Source of the DNA: Antedon mediterranea
Taxonomy: Eukaryota > Animalia > Echinodermata
NCBI RefSeq assembly: GCF_964355755.1
Contig: NC_092670.1
Coordinates: 39,544,388-39,608,387, forward strand
Length of the DNA stretch: 64,000 bases
Direction: 5' to 3'
Shown piece after piece: positions 20,871-34,300 of the stretch (its first letter is position 1; each line of letters begins with the position of its first letter). The notes beneath the pieces are model-generated. The model worked only from the letters and a program-made list of their open reading frames with translations, was not told the origin of the DNA and made no database searches. The translations under genes were made by a program, and so were the position numbers.

Positions 20871-21150
20871 CCTCAGCCTCAGGTAGTCTTATGACAAAAT
20901 TATAAATTATTATTTGGCTTTCAAGGACGCTGTGTTGACAAAAATGCGCTAATCCCTCGACCACACAATCGATTGTTGTTGATGATCGATGATGATCTGT
21001 CAACGTACGTAACATACCACACAAAAATGACAATATGCAACAACGCCCTCTAAAATTACATTAACGAGATCAAAGATTTAACACGCGTGCCGCCACCACC
21101 ACCACCGCTCGCCCACCGCCCACTTTTACGTCACACGTGATGACTGTTAT
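20871..21150 (-). promoter_or_regulatory. Probable non-coding first exon and promoter of the 7TM gene
   Basis: A strong donor (G|GTAAGT) at ~20870 can pair with the acceptor TTTCAG 11 nt upstream of the ATG at 20250. A CpG-richer patch with a GC-box-like CCGCCC and CACGTG lies at 21085-21140. Confidence 0.45.
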
Positions 21151-22075
21151 GCATGAGTGACTACATAAACATGAAAAATGAAGATTAAATATGCCATTTT
21201 TCAGTTTTAATAAAGTTATTCACTTATGTAAAAAAACAAAAAATTATTTCACTTATAAAAAGACAAAAGAAATGGTTAATTTTAACCAAAAACCATTGCC
21301 TCCTGATAGACAATTAAATCACATTTTTTCAGGTACATAATTTTTTTTTTTCATCCAGCTTTTGGTTAAAGTGAATAACCATTATGTGACCTTAAAATGG
21401 CATATTAAAAAAAAATTGGAAAAAAAAATTGTAGAGGGACAATATATCTTTAATTATAAACCCATTCTTGTTGTTTTGCACATCATTAAGCTTGGCCCTA
21501 CACACAATAACACAACATAAAATTTTTATTTCTTTCAATTTTTTTTTCTTCATAATTTGTTAAAAAACTATTTTTATTTTAAATAACATTATATAATCAC
21601 TGATAAATAAAAAATATTTTAACAATATAATTTCAACGTACATAATTAAGAAATGGATTTAATACTGCCTTCTAGGCAAAAAATAAACAGTATCTATAGC
21701 CTAATAAGTAATACTGTACAAATAATATGTAACTAAATTAAACCTATGATTAAGTTAAGTTTATCTTATTGCACACCACCCTTACTTACACTCATTTGTT
21801 ATGATACCAGGTACTATAAAATCAGTACCATTTTATAATAAAGTATTACAAAATATAATACTATTTTATGCAGATTATCTTAAATAATGTATTTGTTATT
21901 GTTATTTGAATTTCCTTTTTGAGGATCAATAAAAGTTATCTTATCTTATCTTATCTTATCTTGTTAATTTCATCACCACCATTTTTAAATATGCAATTAT
22001 TTGTTTGTTAAATTGAAACCACTAAACTATGTTTTGTTCAATCACTATACGATAAATTATTTTTATTTTAAATTA

Positions 22076-22361
22076 AGGGCATGTGGCGCAGTGTGTTGGA
22101 AGTTGGATTACTGATCGCGAGATCGTGGTTCGAACACATTGCTTGCCTTAGGCAAGATCCTTTAATTACATTTGTGTCTCTCCACCCAGATATATAAAAT
22201 GGATACCGGTTACACCAAGACATAACTTTGCGCTGATTTCTAGCTGCATTATAGAAGTATGTTTCCATACATGTTTGATCAAAAAAATTACCGGGGTAAT
22301 AATGTGCAGCGGCGCATTCAGAGCTTGCTTATATAAGAATGAACTATTATTATTATTATTA
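22076..22361 (+). mobile_element. tRNA-derived SINE with CORE/V-like centre and (ATT)n tail; tail fragment at ~25848-25930
   Basis: TGGCGCAGTG A-box, GGTTCGAAC B-box, CCTTAGGCAAG...CTCTCCACCCAG...AAATGGATACC, tail TATATAAGAATGAACTATTATTATT. Confidence 0.7.
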
Positions 22362-22373
22362 GAAAACAATGAA

Positions 22374-25300
22374 TCATTTACTAAAACTCAAACCATTTGG
22401 CGTTTTGCCAAATGAAACTTGGTTATTGTTTGAACTGTGTCGCCTCAAGTCTGTGTTTGTGTTTGTAACCGTTCCATTTCCATGCGAAGTGGATGAAAAG
22501 TCCGACACTTTTTTAGAAGCTGCAAAAGAACTGTTCTTACGATCACTGGAATACCAAGTACTACTTCTGGTTCCTCGGAAAGTCGACGATAGCGATTTAA
22601 AACGTCTCCTGGTCTGGCCTGTCCATTGCCTATACTGACGTTTCCAATATTTACGAACATCTCTACTTCTCAAACAATACATGACAAATATAAAGAAACC
22701 TTGAAGAGAATTCAGGATACAGAAGAGTATCTGGATCATCGTAGAGGCCGTACCGATTGCAAAGAACCCAATAAGCCACGTCATTCCCATCACTACAGAT
22801 ATACAAACTGCGTTCTGCAGTAGTTGCATACCTTTATTTTTTTTCTGAGTTTGGTGAGCTTGTTTTGATACTTTGCCCAGTTTACTTAGACTGTATAACA
22901 CCATCACAAATATTACCACGTTAAAGATCAATAGGATTGCTATGGGTATTGCTACGCTGTAATACATGCGGGTTAGAACAAGGAAACAACTGCAATGAAA
23001 CAAAAACAACTAATAACATAAATGAAAATAGTGAACATTTCAGAAAGAAGAAGAAAATGTTTTCACAACTAATAACATGTATTATGAAACCAGAAATGGC
23101 GGATTCAGCAGACAAGGCCTAAAAATGGTAAAATGTAAGTGCTGAACTGAGCCTAATGTCCTTTTGCATTTTAAATTTCAACATTTGGGAATTAATTTGT
23201 ACTAATTTTGGGGTTTAAATAATTCAGAAATGATTCACTTACTAGTTGTCTGTATTTGCATAATTATCGACATCAATTGCTATAGTTACAACAACAATCA
23301 CAACTGGTATGCCTGTAAAATAAAGATTATAACATGAATGTCATCATCATATGGTCAGATGGTACTGTAATAATGATGTCATTATTTCTATCTCTATTTT
23401 GATTTGTCATATTAAAAAAAAAATTGTTTATTTCATACGCATCCAACAGTGAGCACAAACTCGCCAATTACAGGTAAAACTATTTTATAATTTATCAAGC
23501 TGCTTATAAACTAAGTCTCATCTCAGGCATAGGGAGTGGAGTTGAAAGAGTTTGAGTTACAACTCTTGCACTAGGTCAGGATTGAACTCTGGACCTTTGG
23601 ATTTAGAGGCAAGCACGTTAACCACCAAGCCACAGCTCCACTACTAATTATCATCAACTTAACACAAATCAGTTAGTGCACAACTGATCAACAATTTTAA
23701 ATTACATAAAATACGTTTGAGTATTCCACAAATATATACGCCTTTGGATGTTTTAAACAGCACTGATTGAATACATGGCAAAGACTTACCCCAACCAAAG
23801 AGACACGCTTTTAGGAAAAATCTAGAAACATGCGTATCCAGAACTTTAACAAATGAATAATACATATTAATAGCTTGTATAGTCATCCAAAAGATTGACG
23901 TCAGTAAAAAGTAGTGAATTAGTCCGGCAATAGCTATGCAAGAGCCCTCTTTATCATTTTTGTCAATCCCTACGAGAAAGATGATGTATAAACAGAGTAG
24001 CGATACACACAGGTGGCACAGAATCTGTTGAGGTTTACTTTTACGTAGCTTCCTGAAATAAGAAATAGTAATCATGCAAGTTAGTTTAAACTGTGAATTG
24101 GAACTTGATATGTGTAAGAGAGTTCTTGATATAAGTTTGACTTTTTTTACGTTTCGATCAATATGATTTGAGCGTCCTCAGGAGTGAGAACGTAAGAGAT
24201 TTATTAAAGTTTAATTTAAGATATTTTATAGAGGGTACTCTACGACCGAGTAGATTCTTGTCATTTGATTGGAGGATTGTGTTTTCCATAACTACTCCAT
24301 TGAACTCTTACGTCATCAAGACATCAATTTCGTAATATGTCAATTGAATTTTGTTGCCCGTTTTTTTTATACACATACTTGCAGAAAAACAACTGCTAGT
24401 TGAGCCAAGTTTTTGTGTTTAAATAAAGCATATTATTATTATAGCATTTTGGTATGCACGACACAAGGCTAGGCTGTTGACTGATCGTGTATGAAAATCA
24501 ACCTCTAGTGTGAGCCTTTTACTGCCTCTCCAAAGAGTTTTAGGTCTTTTCTCTCAATAAAAATAGGTGTGTTATAAAACTAATAATGAATATTTTATAT
24601 ACCTGCAATGGCACAGATAATTTCATTCGGTGAAAGATGGAAAATGTTCTATTTTCACCTAATTTTTTTACGCTTAGTGCACAAATTTTACAGGTTTCAA
24701 ACAGATGCAAATGCTTAGAGAGGGTCCTACATAGTAATGTGTTAATTGTTCTATTACCTGTTGCTTGTGAAAGTAAAAATAGTTGCAATTAAGCATGCAA
24801 TTGATATACCAAGACCAATATATGTGATGTATTCTGCTATTTCGTTTTCCACTATTGTATCCGAATAAAAATTCTGAAAAGGAAAAAAATATAAATCAAC
24901 AAATCCACTTATGAGAAGAATGGGTTAACATTTGACCTTTAACCCCTGTAGGTATACAGGAAAAACCAATGAATGTCTATCATGACATATCCCTCTTTAT
25001 TGTGTCCAACCAAAAATAGCTACAGCTCCGTCAAACACTATCAAACTAGTTTGACCAAAAAGTGTGATGTGTAGTGATATGACATCATCATGTCCATACA
25101 TGGGCACATCACATTTGTTTGTCACATAAAGTTTGATACTGTAGACAGGGCTTGATGACTAACCATAAGAACAGCAAAATTTGTTAAATGGTCACACTGG
25201 CAAACTTGTCTGTCACTGCCATCCATAGAGCCATTGGCTAAGTAGCAGCCATCACTTGACCAGCCACCAACATCACCGTAAAGTTTGAAATCCCAAAACA

Positions 25301-28300
25301 CACAGGTGGTCTCATTATTATTCATGGATATCTACATACAAGAAAAATACACAGGTGGTCTCATGTTATTATGGATATCTACATACAAAGAAAAAACACA
25401 GGTGGTCTCATTATTATTCATAGCCTATATCTACATACAAGAAAAAGCACACACAGGTGGACACATTATAATTCATAGATATTTACATACAAGTGGTCTT
25501 CCATATTACCTCAGATGGTATAAATGTTGTTGTAATTGGTTCTGGTAAATTGTTCAATTCAACTCCAGGTATTGAAAGAGAAATGACTTGACCGTTTGGT
25601 CGTCTGGTTTCAGTATCAAACTGAGTGGTTGGAAACAGTGAGCTATCATTATATACTACTGTAATCACACGGAACTCGTCGCTGCCTGATACAAAAAAAA
25701 GGAAGCAATATTATATTTGCACAATAAGAAAATGAGGTAACAAAATATGTATATTTATTCACTGTGTGTATCTAAGGACGTGTTTCCTTGCTCTCCACAT
25801 CTCAACACAGTTTTGATGATTTTAACGTTTCATACGTGTATGATCCAAAAAATGACCGGGGTGAGAATGGGCAGGCCATTGAGAGCTTGATTATATGTGC
25901 TATATATAACAATGAACTATTATTATTATTGTTCAAATAATTTAATTTGGCTTCGTGTGATTATTTTTAAGCCAAAAAGTATTGTTACATATATATAAAT
26001 ATTATTATTATTATTTGATGTTCAGCGTTTTCTCTCTGTGTGTAATAATAACACTAATATTCTCACATACCAGATGAGGTTGTAATCATTGAAGAAACTC
26101 CTGGAGGAATATAAATACTGACAGACGCCAAGTTATCCAACTGTTCACTGAACTCTGTGACGTCCGTGATTTCATTGTTGTCTGATGATTGGAAAGACGC
26201 GAACCCAAAACCAAGGTCAAGTTCGTCCATGTTTAATATTTGCGCTTGTACTGCTACGTTGCTGGTAACCATTTCATATTTATCGTTTTCTAAATCAACG
26301 ATTGCTAATTGTTCTTCGAGAGATTCAATAATTCTACTCGGAGCGTTTGATTCCATCTGGCTCTCTAAGAGGACGTCATCTTCAATTTCAAACAGACTAG
26401 CAACAGTGTCAACTAATGTTGATGTAACCTAGACGGGAATTGTAATAAAATAAATAATAATAGGCGGATAACTAATTATTTCATCTGTAACTTTCTAGGA
26501 GAACATCATCGTACAGTAAAAATTATCATTATCAGATGAACTTAGGAAAATGTTAGCAGAAGACGACCCAGGATTTTTCAAATGGGAGATTGCTAACATG
26601 GTATAGGGGAGGGGGCTTCTCTGCATTGGATTGGCCCCTGGTTAATAATTAATATTGCGAAACTGAAAAAAAGGAGGAAAGAATAAAAACAAGAATGAAA
26701 AATAGAACAATGGAAACTCACTTGAGGTGACGTTGAATTGACAGCAACAATACTTTCAATAATGTCTGCAGTGGTTGTTAGACCATCTGATGTAATGTTG
26801 TCTGATCCACTTGTAATGTTGTTTACTGCAGTAATTACTTCTTCTGCATTATCTTCAGTAACTTCCACCTGAAAATAATCATTTAGGTGAGATAACATGG
26901 GAAATATGATGTATGTTCTCTGAAAAAATAATTGTTTGTTATTTCATATGTATCCAACAGTAAGCACAAACTCGCCAATTACAGTATGGATAAACTATTC
27001 TATAGTTTATCGTGCTTATAAACTAAGTATTATTTGAGGCTTAGGGAGTGGAGTTTAAAGGGTAAAGAGTTACAACCCTGGTACTAGGTCAGGATTGAAC
27101 CCTGGACCTTGGAATTGGAAGGCAAGCATGTTAACCACCAAGCTACAGCTCCGCTTTATCAATGAATCTGAATTTTTTTTGGTACAACTAACCTCATTCA
27201 GTCGTTCCAAAAGTTCGTCTGCTGTAGCATCTCGACCGCAGTTTTGGTATTCCACCTGACAAGTTGCGGCAGATAGACCATCGCTATAGCAAGTACAATT
27301 GGCTTGCATCTTGTCATCTATATTAGAAAGATATATATTTTAATTTCCAATTTCAAATGTCAAGTAGTGGTTAAAGGCAAAGCTTTCAAACACTATCAAT
27401 GTGCCTAATATGGTAGTGATGTGCCCAAATATATTAGTGATATGACATCATCGTGTCCATATATGGGCATATCACGTTTTCTTGTCACATAAAGTTTGAT
27501 GGTGTAGACTATATAAGGAAGTGCTTCCAGCATCTTTTTTAGAAGACAATAAACTACTATGTCCAGTAGTCATTAAGTTGATTAAGGTATATGTCTTGAT
27601 AGGTTGGGTAATCATCAGGAATAGTCCTGAACAGGGAGATGAGTGCCCCTGCCCTCCGATGAGTTTCGGGATCCCTTTGACCCGGAGGGAGAGTACCCGT
27701 CAGGGTCCCTACCAAGGGTTACAGGTCCCAGGTTTTTAGTTGTTTTTAAAATTAATTAGTGTTCCATGACCTTCTCATCAAAATTAATGTCTCTCATTGT
27801 TGTGCTATGTCAACATAATGTCAATGACGGCGAAATGTCCCCACTAATGGGGATAGCTATGCAAACAAGTAACAAGTAAGTAAGTAGACAGAGCTTTATA
27901 CATACTGTATCAATATGAAATGTCAGTTTCACAATTGTAACTTACAATTCACTGTACTTTGTGGGCAAAATTCTCTGGATGCTACGGTTTGACCAACATC
28001 AGCAGGCTCAAATGTTACGTCACCTATCATCCCTCCGCTACAACGCTCTGTAAGTTAATTTAACACGAGTTTACTGAACTATTTAGGAAAAACCATAAAA
28101 TTACAATTGAAGACTCGACAATGTAACCCCCTACTCGTCACATGAGGTAGATGTGTACACTGGACCTACAGTTTATAGTCCTTATCGGAGAAAACTCGTT
28201 CTACAAGTAAAAAACTTAAATATTTATAGAGTTTAAGTTAAATACTTAATATCTACGGGCCTGATAGTGTCTGAGCCATTCTATATCTTACCAGTGCTAA

Positions 28301-31300
28301 ATACAGCAATACTATCAGCATCAATAAACCCTTCTGTTTCAGCTAACAATGTCAATTCGTTGAATAAACCTTCACTGAATTCAGTGTACGAAATGTCTCC
28401 ACTTGGCGTGTAGATGTTGACGTCAGCAATCACGCTTCCAGAACTTAACTTACGAACTTGCACAAATATATCGCTTAATGTGCTTAGACCATTCGTTAAC
28501 TTTTTAAAAAAAAGTATTTTTTTAGAAATTATCAAATAGATCAAAAACTGTTTTAATTACTTATTTTCAATAAAAACATTTTTAATTGTAAGTAACCAGT
28601 TTAGAAATTGTTTTAAATAATTATTTTCATTTAAAACATTTTTAATTGAAGTAACCGGTTTAGTACATCGAACTAAGAAAGGACCAGATAATTTTGAGCG
28701 ATTTGACATTATTAATTGTCTCTAAATGTCGCTTTTTTTCTGCACTTCATTAAAAACGATTACTAACACCACTTTGATTCTAAAACAAACTTACCAAACT
28801 TGCAATGAGTGTAGACGTGTTTTTAAATTCTTCAGACGTAGTATCGGCCAATGCTGAATTATATGTTAAAGTCAGGAATGACATTACCACCGGTACTGTG
28901 TATGCATCTAAATGATATTAAAAAAAAATATAAAAAACAATAATTCCAATAAAGTGGTTCCTACTAGAACTCAACAGATGTATACAGGAAATTAAATCAG
29001 ATTTCATGCAGACAGGGCAAACACAATTATTTACAGTACGTAGGTTGCTTTACGTTGTGTTGCTAGTGGAAACCAAACTTTATACTGTATTTATTCAAAT
29101 AACGGCAAGGGTTTAATACAAGTTATAATTATTTGTTTTCGTTTTTTTTTCTACGAAAGTGATTACCATTATTAAAACTACAAAATAACCTATTCAAAGT
29201 CGGATTCATTTTTCATGTTTTTGGGGGACATTGAATACATCTTTAAAGAGCAAGCTACACTCAGCACAAATACACTAATTTGCTTTTATTAGGAAACATT
29301 ATAAACAGTAAAACAGGATTTGAATTTTCTTCTAGTGCTGAAACCTTCTTTGAACATTTCACAATATTATAATAAGTAGTAACCTGCAGCAATGAGAATC
29401 GCTTCCTCTGACGTTGCTGTTTCAGCCTCGTGTGGTGACACTCCAAACGCTTTGCAGTAGTAATAGCCTTGATTATCCAGACTCAATTCTTCAATTGTGA
29501 GATATTCTAGACTCTGTGTTTCCGATGGAAGTTCATTGTCGTCTTTATACCAACGCCAATCAACTGAGTAGGTTATGTTGCAATGGAAAGTGGCTGTACT
29601 TTGAAGGTCCTCTCTCAGAGCTAGTGGCTGAATTTCTGCAGTGGGTCTACCTAAAACATTTAAAACAAAAATGGAGTTACTGTATATAGTTTAAAAAATG
29701 TTTTCCTTCAAGAACTAAATTAAATTGCTGAGTTACTTGCTGTTTGATGAGTATGAAATAAAAAACAATGCTAATTTGAACTAGTGCTTTTCCACCAGGA
29801 AAAGAGTAATATCATGTAAAATATTTACCTGGTTCAATTTCACAAATGTCGCCCTCATACAATATCAGACATTTGCATACAAATTCTGACTCTAATTGCG
29901 CACATGTTCCACCATTCATACAAGGATTTGAAGTACAAGAATCTGGTGAAACAAATAAATTTGCATTAGACACAATCAATCAATTCTACAGCTCTGTCTA
30001 CACTATCAGACTAGTTTGAAAAAAAAAGTGTAATGTGCCAAAATATGATAATAATATGACATCATTGTATCCATATATGGGAACATCACATTTTTTTGTC
30101 ACATAAAGTTTGGTAAACAGAGCTTTATATAAGAGAATGGACAAAACAAACATTTTTAAATCTAATTATACCTCCTACTGTGATTTCAAATTGACAGGTA
30201 GCGTTGTTTCCTGATTGGTCAACTCCGGTGTATGTCACTATATACTGACCAACAGTAAATACATTCCCTGAATTTTCAGTTGAACTTAGCAGCACAGTTT
30301 CTCCAGAATTATCGGTATACTCCGGATCTTCCCACGTAATATTTATTCCAGAGGGAGAGGTTGCCACAACAATGATTTCGCCAGGGCAGTCTAACACCGG
30401 TGATTCTTTATCTATTAAGAAATAAACAATGGTTAAAGTTCAGTAGATGATAAACTTGTCATGGGTTACAGACATGTGATCACAACCTAATCTAGGTCAT
30501 AACTTTTATTCAAATAATTTCTTCTAATATTAACTTCTTAAAGATATATTCTCCCCCTGAAAAAATTTTATTTTTATAATTGTTGAATATATCATTTTTA
30601 GGTCACATACCGGTAATAGTTATTCACTTTGACCAAAAACTGGATGGAAAAAACAATTATTTACCTGAAAAAAAAAATCTTAGTTTAACGAATGCAATAA
30701 TGAGTTTATTACCTTCAACAGTGACATTAAATTTACATTCAGCGTTGTTACTGCTGTTATCACTAGCAGTGTAAATGACAAGAGTAGTTCCTATTTCAAA
30801 TGAACTACCAGGACTTTCTGAAGCTACAAGTGTCACTTGGCCTGAATTGTCTTCAATTACCGGAGTTTCCCAAGTTACTTGAGTGGTAGACAACATTGAA
30901 TCAGTTTCCTCAACGATACTAACTGGACAAGTTTGAAATATTGGATCTTGATCATCTAGAATGAATCAATTTAAATGTCAAGACTTTTTTGTGGAGTATT
31001 CAAGAGGACAACCACCAAGTACCAAGTATTTATTCATCAAATCAAGGAATAAATACATACTTGTATTTGATGGTTGAAGACGGTGAAGTAGAAAGGAATG
31101 TATTATTGAAAGAGTGGGTATGGGAATCCACCATCAAATAAAGAAGTTGAAGTATGAACAGTATGTTTACTTAACCATGGGATAAACATGACAATCACAT
31201 AACATTTACAAAAACAGTAAAATGCTTGAAAAATAAAATAATCTAAGTGCATGTTAAAATGAAAACCTGAAATAAATTAATCACACCTTGTTATTACCAT

Positions 31301-34300
31301 TTAGAGCCAATACCTAAGCCTCATAATAAGATTAGAAAATGGGGGTTCAAATTTCTGTAACTTGTTTACAAGGAGCATGTCTAGGGGACTGCCCTGGACT
31401 GCCTTATAAGTTGTTTACCTATGTACTCCTTCCTAGAAGGAGACGGAAAGCCAGACAGTGGCATGTTATAAAAGATACTTGATTTGCTCTTGATGAAAGA
31501 AGACATGTTTTGTTAATTAATTAACTCTAAGTACAGAGTAATAATTATCTGACTATTTATTTTACAAGTCTAAATAGATCCCAATATAACAATAAGTTCA
31601 ATCTTATACATGGGCTAAAACAAACATGGTACCTTTGACAATAACGTTAAAAGAGCACTTGTCCATGTTGCCAAACACATCTGTAACCACATACTCTAAA
31701 GTTGTGACACCGATAACAAAAAATTGTCCAGATTGGTTGTACTGAGTACCGGACCCAGACACGCTCAAGTCTTCAGTGTTGTCTGTGAAGTTAAATGACC
31801 AGCTGCTGACCAATGCAAAAGCTGACCCATCATCAGCGAAGATATCAATATTGTCAGGACAAAATATACTTGGGTTTTCTTCATCTATTTACAGTTTGTA
31901 AAAATGTCAAATAGAAGATTACTATTATATATATACATGTATCCGTAGAATAAAGACAATATAAATAATAATTACGCCTACCACCATTAGTGGAAAAATA
32001 CAATTTATATTATAAACAATTGAAAAAAATTGATAATAGAAATATACAGATAAAAGTAGTACCAACAACTGTTGTAAGTCCTGGTAAACTAAAATATAAC
32101 TATAATAAAAATAGTAATGCATGGTTATCATAATCTAAAAAAAAATCACAATATTAACAAATATAATTCCCTAAACATTTTATTCTATCTATATATACAT
32201 TCAAAGACATTGAAATGAAGAAAACTGTTGAAAATCTACAGAAATATGGAGAATTCAGTTGGCACAATTTCCATTTTATAAAAATAGCACTTTTTGTTAG
32301 AAAATGTCAAATGTTTCAAACTTTCTTCTGTAAAATTAAGAGATAAGAAGAAAAACACAATGCATGCTCATATACAAACCTGTGTTTGAAAGTTATAAAA
32401 CAGCTTATAAAACCGTCTTCTACAACTTTGACAAGATAATACTTGATTATCTTCCCGTAAAATTACCAAATAAAAGAAGAAATAGCAAGCCGTTCGCGCG
32501 CAAAACAAAACAGAGCGAAAAGAATAATAATATACTCGCATACAGTTATATGGCTACAAACAAAAATTGATCTGCCAGTAAATCTACACCGTAACCACAA
32601 CAGTAGTAGTAGTCTATATCTACTGACAAATGTCTCTAATTTTACGCATTATCAACAAGAACCAAATAATTGAACAACTTTATACCTTATATACCTCATA
32701 CACATAAGTAGTAAAGTATTATACTCTTCAAATATGCATTTTTCTTTATTGTTCTGATATTAATTACAATCAATGCTTTATAATGAATTTTCTTGTTTTT
32801 TCACTCGCCATTGAAAATTCATTATTTACTGATTAATAGTAATCATATCAGAAACTAAAAAAATGTTATTTGATTGAAAACTCTGATCAATTCAGAAGAA
32901 TAGAATAGATCACACAAGTTGAAAAGACACTAACAACTTGACACCATGTGTGCAATTGGTGTCTTCTCCTTATCTCGAACGATAGCTAAGTATACATAGG
33001 TACAATAGAAAATATATGACAATTGTCCACTTTAAGTATTGATGTTAAACAGACTTAGAATTATTATTTTATCATATTCAGCAAATTTAAATTTCTTACC
33101 AAACACTTTAATATAGAATGTACATTCTGCCATATTCCCATACACATCAGTAGCTTCACATGTTACATTTTGTCTTGTCACAGGCCAGATCGCATCAAAT
33201 TGATCACCAGATTCTCTACTACAGGTCCAAGTTACATTGCCTGAGTTGTCACTTACTGATACATTCCATGAGACAGTGGAATATGCTTGACCAGGATCAG
33301 TTAATGCTACATCAATGTTGTCAGGACATGTTAACATAGGTTCATCGTCATCTAAGAACAAAAATAAAGTTTTTTTATATATTACTAACACTGTCAAAGC
33401 CAAAATCACCTTCTGAGTAAAAAAGTAAGTTACTTGCCTGCAACATTTACTGTAAAAGAACAATTGGCAGAGTTGCCAAATATATCTTCAGCAATATATT
33501 CTATTTTAGTTGTGCCAACATAAAATTCTTGTCCTGAACTATCATAGTTTGTAGAAGAGCCAGTCACAATTACATCATACATTGCTGGACTGTTGTCTGT
33601 GATGCTCACTGACCAGCTGACCATTGCTTTATTGGACCCATTGGTAGTGAAGACATCAATATCACTGGGACATGAAACAACTGGTTGTTCTTTATCTAAA
33701 AACATTGGAAAAAATGAATGTGTATAAAAAAAGACAATAGTAGAAAAGTTACTTACATAATTATTAGGTGAAGTAGAAAAGTCTTACCAATTACAATGAC
33801 ATAAAAAGTACATTTTGCCATATTCCCATACACATCAGTAGCTTCACATGTTACATTTTGTCTTGTCACTGGCCAGATGACATCAAATTGATCACCAGAT
33901 TCTCTACTACAGGTCCAAGTTACATTTCCAGAGTTGTCACTTACTGATACATTCCATGAGACAGTGGAATATGCTTGACCAGGATCAGTTAATGCTACAT
34001 CAATGTTGTCAGGACATGTTAACATAGGTTCATCGTCATCTAAGAACAAAAATAAAGTTTTTTTATATATTACTAACACTGTCAAAGCCAAAATCACCTT
34101 CTGAGTAAAAAAGTAAGTTACTTGCCTGCAACATTTACTGTAAAAGAACAATTGGCAGAGTTGCCAAATATATCTTCAGCAATATATTCTATTTTAGTTG
34201 TGCCAACATAAAATTCTTGTCCTGAACTATCATAGTTTGTAGAAGAGCCAGTCACAATTACATCATACATTGCTGGACTGTTGTCTGTGATGCTCACTGA

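Noticed and set aside
27600-27675. Hammerhead ribozyme suggested by CTGATGA and GAAA on the minus strand
   Set aside because: Stems I and III and the NUH site cannot be formed in the required register.
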